DNA from: an uncultured Gammaproteobacteria bacterium
GTDB taxonomy: Bacteria; Pseudomonadota; Gammaproteobacteria; Steroidobacterales; Rariloculaceae
DNA length: 59,759 bases
Direction of reading: 5' to 3'
Assembly: GCA_964457725.1 (NCBI GenBank)
Contig: CAYWGQ010000003.1
Span: forward strand, 21,489-81,247
The notes beneath the pieces were generated by a model. It was not told where the DNA came from and ran no database searches. It saw nothing but the letters and a program-made list of their open reading frames with translations. Shown here piece by piece: positions 35,893 to 43,642 of this stretch; the stretch's first letter is position 1; every line of letters begins with the position of its first letter. Made by a program: the position numbers and the translations under genes.

Positions 35893-36290
35893 ACAGGGTC
35901 CCCGCCGCCCGTCTGGTCGACCGCGGACGTTGCGGCTCGTGCCGAGCCCCGCTGCCGCCCGCGGCGGAGCCGCTCGACGTCGGTCCCGCGGAGCTCGACG
36001 AGATCGTCGCGAGCGCGTCGGTGCCAGTGCTAGTCGACTTCTGGGCCGACTGGTGCGCACCGTGCCGGATGACGGCGCCGGAGGTCGCGAAGGCCGCCGC
36101 CGCAATGGCCGGTCGAGCGCTCGTGCTGAAGGTGGACACCGAACGCCATCCGGAGCTCGCCGCTCGGTTCGGCGTGCGCGGCATTCCGAATTTCGTCGTC
36201 TTCAAGCAAGGCGCGCCCGTCGGGCAGCACGCGGGCGCGGTGGACCACCGACAGCTCGAAGCGTGGCTCGCGGAAGCTTCGGCGAGCTGA
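35859..36290 (+). CDS. trxC: thioredoxin 2 (zinc-finger thioredoxin)
   Basis: N-terminal CRECG...CGSC zinc finger plus the WCAPC active site. GGAGAGGAG SD. Overlaps the 3' end of the fusion gene by 34 nt. Confidence 0.85.
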   Translation: MLRKCRECGTMNRVPAARLVDRGRCGSCRAPLPPAAEPLDVGPAELDEIVASASVPVLVDFWADWCAPCRMTAPEVAKAAAAMAGRALVLKVDTERHPELAARFGVRGIPNFVVFKQGAPVGQHAGAVDHRQLEAWLAEASAS

Positions 36291-36339
36291 CGGCGGACCG
36301 GCTAAACTGGATGCCCCAGTCAGCGAGTCGAGCACCGGC

Positions 36340-36732
36340 ATGCCGATCATCCCTCGAGCCGCCTTTCCGTTGCTGATCCTCGGCTGTGCCGCGGCCACCG
36401 CGCAGGAGCCCGACGGCAGCGAGCTCTACCGCAACTACTGCTCCGCTTGTCACGGCGCGACCGGGGAAGGCGACGGTCCGGTCGCCGCCGTCATGCAGGT
36501 CACGGTGCCGAACCTGCGCACGCTCGCGATGCGCAGCGGCGGGCGCTTTCCGACGGACGCGGTGATCGATTACGTCGACGGCACCCGCATACCGCTCGCC
36601 CACGGCTCGCGGCAGATGCCGATCTGGGGCGACGTGTTCCTCTGGGGCAACGAAGGCGCGTCGCGGGCGCGCGCCGATGCGCGCATCGAAGCGATCGTCG
36701 AGTATCTGGAAGAGCTGCAGTACGAGGACTAG
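36340..36732 (+). CDS. monoheme c-type cytochrome
   Basis: Signal or lipobox LILGC. CSACH heme motif with a distal Met candidate (SRQMPIWG). Confidence 0.8.
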   Translation: MPIIPRAAFPLLILGCAAATAQEPDGSELYRNYCSACHGATGEGDGPVAAVMQVTVPNLRTLAMRSGGRFPTDAVIDYVDGTRIPLAHGSRQMPIWGDVFLWGNEGASRARADARIEAIVEYLEELQYED

Positions 36733-37361
36733 GCGGGGTCCGCTCCGCGCGGGCGCTGGTTCAGCTTGCCGACCGTCTGCACCAGCTCGGCGAGCGAGCG
36801 CATTTTCAGCTTGCGCATCACCCGGGCGCGATGGAGCTCGACCGTGCGCTGGCTCACCCCGAGATCCATCGCGATGACTTTGTTCGCCTGCCCCTGCACG
36901 ACCCGCTCCATCACCTCCACCTCCCGCGGCGTCAGCGTCTTCAACCGCTCCCGGATCGTCCGCTCCTCGGCTCGGGCCGCGCGGCGCTCCCGGTCGAGCG
37001 CGAGCGCCGTGTGGATCCGGTCGATCAGCTCCTGATCGCTGAACGGCTTCTGAATGAAATCGACGGCGCCCGATTTCATCGCGGTGACGGCCATCGGGAC
37101 GTCGCCGTGTCCCGTGATGAAGATGATCGGGATCTCGGCCCGTTGCTCGACGAGCCGCTCCTGGAGCTCGAGGCCGCTCAACCCGGGCATGCGGATATCG
37201 CTGACGAGGCACGCGTGCTGCTCGGGGTCGTAGGCGTCGAGGAACTCGAACGCCGAGGCGAACACGCGGTGCTCGAGGTCCGCCGACTCGAGCAGCATGC
37301 GCAACGAGTCCCGCACGGCCTCGTCGTCGTCGATCACGTACACGAGCGCGTTATCGTTCAC
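36729..37361 (-). CDS. fixJ: FixJ-type response regulator (REC + LuxR HTH)
   Basis: VYVIDDDEAVRDSL, LVSDIRMPGLSG and a LuxR HTH (LTPREVEVMERV...). GTG start overlaps the fixL stop. An alternative in-frame GTG lies at 37370. Confidence 0.85.
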   Translation of the reverse strand: MNDNALVYVIDDDEAVRDSLRMLLESADLEHRVFASAFEFLDAYDPEQHACLVSDIRMPGLSGLELQERLVEQRAEIPIIFITGHGDVPMAVTAMKSGAVDFIQKPFSDQELIDRIHTALALDRERRAARAEERTIRERLKTLTPREVEVMERVVQGQANKVIAMDLGVSQRTVELHRARVMRKLKMRSLAELVQTVGKLNQRPRGADPA

Positions 37362-38502
37362 GCGGCTCACCCTGCTCGATTGCCAGATCCACCGTGAACA
37401 CAGCGCCGCCGTCGGGATTGTCGCTGAAGGACAGAGTGCCTCCATAAGCTTGAACAATGGTTCGGCTGATCGCAAGGCCGACGCCGAGGCCCTGCTTCTT
37501 CGTCGTCACGAACGGGTGGAATACGTTGCTGCCGAGCGAGCGGGACACGCCGGGCCCATGATCGACGACCGCGATCCGGACGCGGCCGTCCGGCATCCTG
37601 CTCGTCTCGATGCGGATGCCCTTGCGCTTGTGCAAGCCGTCGCGCATCGCGTCCACCGCGTTGCGGGTCAGGTTCAATAGCACTTGCTGGAGTTGCACGG
37701 CGTTGCCCCGCACGCGCGGCAGGCCCTCGCCGTAGCGCACCGAGACGTCGATCCCTTCCGCGCGCGCGTCCGCCTCGATCAGGTTCCAGACGGCGTCGAT
37801 CGCCTGGTTCACGTCGACCGGCTCGACGTGGATCTCCTGATTGCGGATGAACTTGCGAAAGTTCTCGATGACCTGGCCCGCGCGCCTCGCCTGCTCGTCG
37901 ATCTTCTCGCAGATCTCGAGGACGCCTTCCCGCCTGACGGGCTCCCGGGACACGAGCCGCTTCGCCGCCTGCGCGTAGGTCGCGATCGCCGAGAGCGGCT
38001 GATTGATCTCGTGCGCGATGCCGGCGGCCATCTCTCCCATCAGGCTGAAACGGCCCACGTGCGCGAGCCGGGACTCGAGCGCCCGGGAGTGACGCTCCTG
38101 CGCGCGCTGCCGGGAGAGATCCCGCATGATGCCGACGAAGCGCCGGCGATCGCCGCTGACCGCCTCGCCCACGGACAGCGCAATCGGAAACACCTCGCCG
38201 CTCGCTCGCCTCGCGAGCACGTCCCGCCCGATCCCGATGATCTTCGCCTCGCCCGTCTCGAGATAGCGGCGCATGTAGCCCGCGTGCCGGGAGCGATCCG
38301 GCTCGGGCATCAGGAGCTCGACACCGCGGCCGATCACGTCGCTCGCGCGATGTCCGAACAGCCGCTCCGCGGCCGAGTTGAACTCGAGAATCGTGCCGAC
38401 CTCGTCCGTCACGATGATCGCGTCGACGGCGGCGTCGAGCAGCGCGCGGAACTCCGCACCCACGATCGTGCCGTTGCCTTCGCTCACGCCGCAGCCGCCC
38501 AT
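37351..38502 (-). CDS. fixL: soluble heme-PAS sensor histidine kinase FixL
   Basis: PAS segment LMPEPDRSRHAGYMRRYLETGEAKIIGIGRDV...FPIALSVGE matches the B. japonicum FixL heme pocket (from memory). HEINQPL H-box. No TM segment. The ATG at 38502 was chosen over the TTG at 38586. Confidence 0.85.
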   Translation of the reverse strand: MGGCGVSEGNGTIVGAEFRALLDAAVDAIIVTDEVGTILEFNSAAERLFGHRASDVIGRGVELLMPEPDRSRHAGYMRRYLETGEAKIIGIGRDVLARRASGEVFPIALSVGEAVSGDRRRFVGIMRDLSRQRAQERHSRALESRLAHVGRFSLMGEMAAGIAHEINQPLSAIATYAQAAKRLVSREPVRREGVLEICEKIDEQARRAGQVIENFRKFIRNQEIHVEPVDVNQAIDAVWNLIEADARAEGIDVSVRYGEGLPRVRGNAVQLQQVLLNLTRNAVDAMRDGLHKRKGIRIETSRMPDGRVRIAVVDHGPGVSRSLGSNVFHPFVTTKKQGLGVGLAISRTIVQAYGGTLSFSDNPDGGAVFTVDLAIEQGEPRER

Positions 38503-38585
38503 ACGTAGTTTCCGCGTTTGGATCGACCTCGCCGGCCGAGTGACAATGGCGGGCAACGAGTCAAATAACGGTTCATGGAGCCACA

Positions 38586-39521
38586 ATGACCATTCGACGT
38601 ATTCTGGCCGTCGTCGATCCGACCGCCGAGGAGCAGCCGGCTCTCGAGCGCGCGGCGTGGTACGCGAAGCTGGCGGGCGCGACTCTCGAGCTGTTCATCT
38701 GCGACTACGACCAGTACCTGGCCGGCGAGCGGTTCTTCGACTCCGCGTCGCTCGAGAAAGCCCGGAAGAGCTTGATCGACAATCACCTGCGGCGCCTGCG
38801 GGACCGCGCGAAAGCGCTCGAGGCCCGCGGCCTCGAGGTCGCCGTGGACGCCCGCTGGGACCGCCCGCTCGACGAGGCCATCGTCCGCAAGGCGCTCGAG
38901 TCGCGTGCCGACCTCGTGGTCAAAGACACGCACTATCACAGCGCGCTCCGCCGCTCGATCTTCTCGAACACGGATTGGAATCTGATCCGCGGGTGCCCGG
39001 TGCCGCTCTGGCTCGTGAAGCCGCGGCCGATGAGCGACTCGCCGCGAATCGTCGCGGCGGTCGATCCGTTGCACGAGCGGGACAAGCCCGCGGCGCTCGA
39101 TCACAACATCATGACCGCGGCCAAGGACCTGCGCGAGGCGACCGGCGGCGAGTTGCACGTATTCCACGCCTACGACATCGCGCCGGCGCTCGCCGTGTCC
39201 GCCGATTCGATGACGATGCCGATCTCTCTGCCGATTCGGGAGATTGCAGAGTCGTTGAAGCAGCAGCACAGCGACGCCGTGTTCGGGCTGACCGACGAGT
39301 ACGGCGTGCCGAGAGACCGCGTGCACGTTCACGAAGGCTCCGCTCGGCAGCTGCTCGTCACCGTCAGCGAAGAGCTCGATGCGGACATCGTCGTCATGGG
39401 AGCGATCGCGCGGAGCGGCCTCGAGCGTCTGTTCCTCGGCAGCACGGCCGAGCAGGTGCTCGATCATCTGCCGTGCGACATCCTCATCGTGAAGGCGCCC
39501 GCCGCACGCGACGACGCTTGA
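38586..39521 (+). CDS. tandem universal stress protein (UspE-like)
   Basis: 311 aa with two USP domains. C-terminal VVMGAIARSGLERLFLGSTAEQVL. GGAG SD. Confidence 0.85.
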   Translation: MTIRRILAVVDPTAEEQPALERAAWYAKLAGATLELFICDYDQYLAGERFFDSASLEKARKSLIDNHLRRLRDRAKALEARGLEVAVDARWDRPLDEAIVRKALESRADLVVKDTHYHSALRRSIFSNTDWNLIRGCPVPLWLVKPRPMSDSPRIVAAVDPLHERDKPAALDHNIMTAAKDLREATGGELHVFHAYDIAPALAVSADSMTMPISLPIREIAESLKQQHSDAVFGLTDEYGVPRDRVHVHEGSARQLLVTVSEELDADIVVMGAIARSGLERLFLGSTAEQVLDHLPCDILIVKAPAARDDA

Positions 39522-39567
39522 CGCGGGGCGCGTTCCGGGCGCCGGCAACCGGCCTCGCACGGCACGT

Positions 39568-40395
39568 TCAAGCAGCGGGCAGCACGACGACGTCGGCGTC
39601 CACCTCGTCGATCACGCGCTCGGCGGTCGCGCCGAGCACGCTGCCGCGCGCGGGGCGCGGGGCGCTGCCGACGATGACGACGCCCGCACCGACGTTCGCG
39701 GCGACCTCCGCGATACCTTCGTAGGAGCTGCCTTCGGTCGCGTGCACGCGGCTGCGGGGCAACCGGCACGCATCGGCGAAGCGCTGCCGATCGAAGTAGA
39801 TGCCCTCGCCCTTGTAGACGGTCACGGCATGGAGCTCGGCGTCGAGCAGCCCCGCGATCCGGTGGGCAGTATCGACGATCCGTGCGTTCAACGCTTCGTA
39901 GACGTCGGTTCCGGGCCGCAGCTTCACGGCCGCGAGCACGACGCGCGGGCTGTCGCTGCGATACTGATTCACGAGCAGCACCGGACGCGCGCAGTTACGG
40001 AGCAGTGTCCAGTCGGAGGTCTCCATCAGGCGCCGGCGCAGCTGTCCCCTCGGCGAGGCCGTCTTGATCACGAGATCCGCGCCCGAGCCGGCTGCGGCGG
40101 ACGCGATCGCGCGCCGCCAGTCCTCGTGCGCCTCGACCTTGACCGCGATCTCGATGCCCGCCTCCCGAGCCGGCCGGATGTGCCGCTCGATCGCGGCGCG
40201 CGTGCGCTCGATCAGCTGCTCCTCCAGCGCTTCGTCGCCGAGGACGGCGGCCTCGGATACCGCGCAGTAAAGCTCGAGCGTCGCGCCGTTGCGCTGCGCA
40301 ATCCACTCCGCCTTCTCGAGCGCCGGCTGCACGAGACGCTTCGGATCGATCACGACGAAGATCTTGCGCACGGTCGAACCGGTCGAAGCGCTCAT
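39568..40395 (-). CDS. tandem universal stress protein
   Basis: 275 aa with two USP-like domains. C-terminal VIVGSAPRPARGSVLGATAERVI. Confidence 0.85.
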   Translation of the reverse strand: MSASTGSTVRKIFVVIDPKRLVQPALEKAEWIAQRNGATLELYCAVSEAAVLGDEALEEQLIERTRAAIERHIRPAREAGIEIAVKVEAHEDWRRAIASAAAGSGADLVIKTASPRGQLRRRLMETSDWTLLRNCARPVLLVNQYRSDSPRVVLAAVKLRPGTDVYEALNARIVDTAHRIAGLLDAELHAVTVYKGEGIYFDRQRFADACRLPRSRVHATEGSSYEGIAEVAANVGAGVVIVGSAPRPARGSVLGATAERVIDEVDADVVVLPAA

Positions 40396-40489
40396 GTGCG
40401 TGCCTGCCTGCTCATCGACGATGCACCGAGCATAGCGAGAATGCGGACGAGCCGCGAATAGGTAGTTACACGTAGCACCCCGATGCCCC

Positions 40490-41239
40490 CTACTCGAGCA
40501 GAGCCACCGCGTACATCAGGGCCACCCCCCCGAGGAACACCGTGAAGTTCAGCACGTTCGTCGCGACGTTGCCGCGCTTGTTGATCTCGGGGACGAGGTC
40601 CGTGGCCCCGAGGTACAGGAACGTGCCGGCGGCGACCGGCACGAGATAAGTCACGTCGATCGCACCGCTCAGCAGCCAGGTCAGGAGCCCGCCGGCGAGA
40701 AACGCGAGTGCCGACAGAAGATTGAACACGAGCGCCCGCGCCTTCGGCCAGCCGCCGTGCACCAGGACGGCGAAGTCGCCGAGCTCCTGCGGGATCTCGT
40801 GAGCCGCGGCCGCGATCCACGCGGCCAGCCCCAAGCGGACGTCGGCGAGGAACGCCGCCGCGATCGCGACGCCGTCGATGAAGTTGTGCACGCCGTCGCC
40901 GACGAGGATGAGATACGTCAGCGGCTGACGTTCCCGCTCGCCGTTCCCGCCATGCGGACCATGCCAGTGCAGGGCTTGTTCCAACGCGAAGAACGCTGAG
41001 AATCCCGCGGCCACGAGCAGCCAGACGTGCGTTTCGCGCTCGATCTCCTCGAGCGCATGCGGAATCAGATGGAAGAACGCGCCGCCGAGGAGCGAGCCCG
41101 CGGCGAGCGCGACCAGCGGCAGCAGCAGGCGGCGGAGCAAGCCGTCGTTGAACAGCAGCGTGACGATGCCGAGGAGGGAAATCAACGCCATGCCGATCCC
41201 GGCAACGAGGATCCAAGCCAGCGCTGTCATGGGCGGCAT
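40490..41239 (-). CDS. ZIP-family metal transporter (GufA-like)
   Basis: HNFIDGVAIAAAF and HEIPQELGDF motifs. Start is ambiguous between the ATGs at 41239 and 41230. Confidence 0.85.
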   Translation of the reverse strand: MPPMTALAWILVAGIGMALISLLGIVTLLFNDGLLRRLLLPLVALAAGSLLGGAFFHLIPHALEEIERETHVWLLVAAGFSAFFALEQALHWHGPHGGNGERERQPLTYLILVGDGVHNFIDGVAIAAAFLADVRLGLAAWIAAAAHEIPQELGDFAVLVHGGWPKARALVFNLLSALAFLAGGLLTWLLSGAIDVTYLVPVAAGTFLYLGATDLVPEINKRGNVATNVLNFTVFLGGVALMYAVALLE

Positions 41240-41275
41240 TCTAGCCGCAGCGGAGGCGGCCGCGCCCGCCGTTCG

Positions 41276-41304
41276 TTTGCACCGATCTGCCCGGGCGTTA
41301 GAAT
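41276..41304 (+). promoter_or_regulatory. sigma70-like promoter for the hybrid sensor kinase
   Basis: TTTGCA-N17-TAGAAT, about 50 nt upstream of the ATG at 41353. A GTCGCC-TCGCG-GGCGAC hairpin lies in the leader. Confidence 0.45.
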
Positions 41305-41352
41305 CGTTCTGGTCGCCTCGCGGGCGACGCCCGCCTGGGGCACGCGGCACGA

Positions 41353-42831
41353 ATGGACCTGTCCGGCGAACTCGCTCGAAGCCTGCTAGAAGCGGCTCCC
41401 GATGCCACCGTCGTCGTCGGGAACGACGGTACCGTTCTTTTCGCGAACGCCCAGATCGCCCGGACGTTCGGCTACCGGCCCGAGGAGCTCGTCGGACGGA
41501 GCGTCGAGACTCTGCTGCCCGAGCGCCTGCGGGCGGCGCATTCGGAGCATCGCGCGGCCTTCGCGGCGCGTCCGCGGCAGCGGCCGATGGGCGCGGGCCT
41601 CGCGCTGCTCGGCCTGCACAAGGACGGCCGCGAGTTCCCCGTCGAGATCAGCCTGAGCCCGGTCGCAACGCCCGAGGGACTCCTCGTCGTCGCCGCGATC
41701 CGCGATGCAACCGAGCACAAGATCGCGGAGGATCGCCTCGTCGAGGCGAACCGGCAGAAGAGCCGCCTGCTCGCCGCGGCGAGCCACGACCTGCGCCAGC
41801 CGCTCCAGACACTGAATCTGCTGAACCGTGCGGCGATCCGCGAGGCCGGCGGCAACGACCGCCTCCGGAACGTCCTCGAGCGCCAGCAGCAGGCCCTCGA
41901 TTCGATGTCCGACCTGCTCGCCTCGGTGCTCGACATCGGCAAGCTCGACAGCGGCGCCGTCGCGCCGCAAAAGGCGCCGTTCGCCGTCGACGACATCCTC
42001 GCGCGTCTGCGCTCGGACTTCGAGCAGCAGGCGCTCGAGAAGGGCCTTCGGCTCTCCGTAGAGCCGTGCAACCGCGTCGCAGACACCGATCCGGAGCTCC
42101 TTCGCCGGATCCTCGGCAACCTCGTGTCGAACGCCATTCGCTACACCGAGCGGGGCGAGGTTCGCGTCCGCTGCGACGGAACCGGCTCCACGCTCTCGTT
42201 CGCCGTCAGCGACACGGGCGTCGGCATTCCCGAGGACGAGCTCGAGCGAATCTTCCAGGAGTTCTACCAGGTCGACCGCGGCACGGAGCGCCCGGACGGC
42301 CTCGGCCTCGGCCTGTCGATCGTCCGCCGGCTCGTGGACCTGCTCGGCCTGACGCTCGAGGTCGAGTCGACGCCCGGCAAAGGCACGACGTTCACCGTGG
42401 CCGTGCCGGCCGGCGAGCTGCCGGAGCCCGCGGCCGAGCAGCAGGCGAGCGGGGCCGCCCCGCGCGCCGGCTCGATCCTCGTGATCGACGACGAGCCGGC
42501 GGTCGCGGAGGCGACGAGCCTGCTGCTCGAGCTCGAGGGCTTCGACGTGAGGATCGCGAGCTGCGAGCGCGAGGCGCTCGAGCACGCCCGGGAGCGACGG
42601 CCGGATCTGCTGGTCAGCGATTTCCACCTGCGCGGCGGAGAGACGGGTCTCGGCGTCGTCATGAAGCTCAGAACCGAGCTCGCCGTGGAGGTCCCCGCAG
42701 TCTTCCTGACGGGCGACACCGCGCGCCGGACGATCGAGGCGTCGCAGCTCGCGAACGTGAGGCTGCTGACGAAGCCGCTGCGCGGCGACGAGCTGATCGC
42801 GACGATCCAGGCGGAGCTCGCCGGACGCTAG
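41353..42831 (+). CDS. hybrid sensor histidine kinase (PAS - HisKA - HATPase - REC)
   Basis: PAS domain, H-box AAASHDLRQPL, ATPase motifs DTGVGIP and GLGLSIV, and a C-terminal receiver (ILVIDDEP...LVSDFHL). Confidence 0.85.
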   Translation: MDLSGELARSLLEAAPDATVVVGNDGTVLFANAQIARTFGYRPEELVGRSVETLLPERLRAAHSEHRAAFAARPRQRPMGAGLALLGLHKDGREFPVEISLSPVATPEGLLVVAAIRDATEHKIAEDRLVEANRQKSRLLAAASHDLRQPLQTLNLLNRAAIREAGGNDRLRNVLERQQQALDSMSDLLASVLDIGKLDSGAVAPQKAPFAVDDILARLRSDFEQQALEKGLRLSVEPCNRVADTDPELLRRILGNLVSNAIRYTERGEVRVRCDGTGSTLSFAVSDTGVGIPEDELERIFQEFYQVDRGTERPDGLGLGLSIVRRLVDLLGLTLEVESTPGKGTTFTVAVPAGELPEPAAEQQASGAAPRAGSILVIDDEPAVAEATSLLLELEGFDVRIASCEREALEHARERRPDLLVSDFHLRGGETGLGVVMKLRTELAVEVPAVFLTGDTARRTIEASQLANVRLLTKPLRGDELIATIQAELAGR

Positions 42832-42943
42832 AGGCCGATGCCGCTCGTGCGGCGGCGCCGCGGCGAGGCGTCCGCCTCGGCGGCCATGACCGCCGCGCGC
42901 GGCAGCGGGCATACTTGGAGAAAGCGAAGACGGAGCGGCTGCC

Positions 42944-43627
42944 GTGCGAGCGATCGACATCATGACCACCCGAGTTGCCACCGTGAGCCCCGACACGCCC
43001 GTCGAGGAGATCGCGCAGCGCATGATCGAGCGAGGGGTGAGCGCGTTGCCGGTCGTCGACGAGCAAGGCACCGTCGTCGGCATCGTCAGCGAAGGAGACC
43101 TGATGCGCCGCGCCGAGCTCGGCACCGAGCGGCGCACGCCGTGGTGGCTCGCACTGCTGACGGAGCCCGAGGAGCGCGCGCGGCGCTACATCAAGAGTCA
43201 CGGCAAGACAGCTCGGGAGATCATGACGACGCCGGTGCACACGGTCGACGAGCACACGAGCGCCGCCGAGATCGCGGCGCTCCTCGAGGAGCGGCGGATC
43301 AAACGGGTGCCGGTGCTCCGCGACGGCAAGCTCGTCGGCATCGTCAGCCGCGCGAATCTGCTGCACGGCTTCGCGATGGAGCGGACCCGGGAGCGCCCGC
43401 CGAGCGACCGGGAGCTTCGCGCCGCGGTCATGCGCGCGCTTTCCGAGCATGCGGGCGTCCGCGACGAGTTCATCGAGGTGACGGCCACGGACGGTGTCGT
43501 CCACCTCTGGGGCTTCGTGCCGACGCAGACCGAGCTCGAAGCGGCGCGCGTCGCCGCGGAAACCGCCGGCGCGAAGAGCGTCGCCAATCACCTTCGCGTC
43601 GTGGCGCCGCCGATTCGCGGCGCGTGA
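42944..43627 (+). CDS. CBS-pair plus BON domain protein
   Basis: Two CBS motifs (DIMTTRVATV...ALPVVDEQG; EIMTTPVHTV...RVPVLRDGK) and a C-terminal BON-like domain (VTATDGVVHLWGFV...). GTG start with GGAG SD. Confidence 0.8.
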   Translation: MRAIDIMTTRVATVSPDTPVEEIAQRMIERGVSALPVVDEQGTVVGIVSEGDLMRRAELGTERRTPWWLALLTEPEERARRYIKSHGKTAREIMTTPVHTVDEHTSAAEIAALLEERRIKRVPVLRDGKLVGIVSRANLLHGFAMERTRERPPSDRELRAAVMRALSEHAGVRDEFIEVTATDGVVHLWGFVPTQTELEAARVAAETAGAKSVANHLRVVAPPIRGA

Positions 43628-43642
43628 GGACCGCTCTGCTGC

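Noticed and set aside
38503-38585. Recurrent ACGTA/TACGTA-containing AT-rich patches in several promoters (3972-3986, 11540-11550, 20480-20487, 38503-38510, 40466-40476, 46366-46374)
   Set aside because: ACGTA is a 5-mer expected dozens of times in 60 kb, and intergenic DNA is AT-richer. There is no consistent spacing or flanking conservation.
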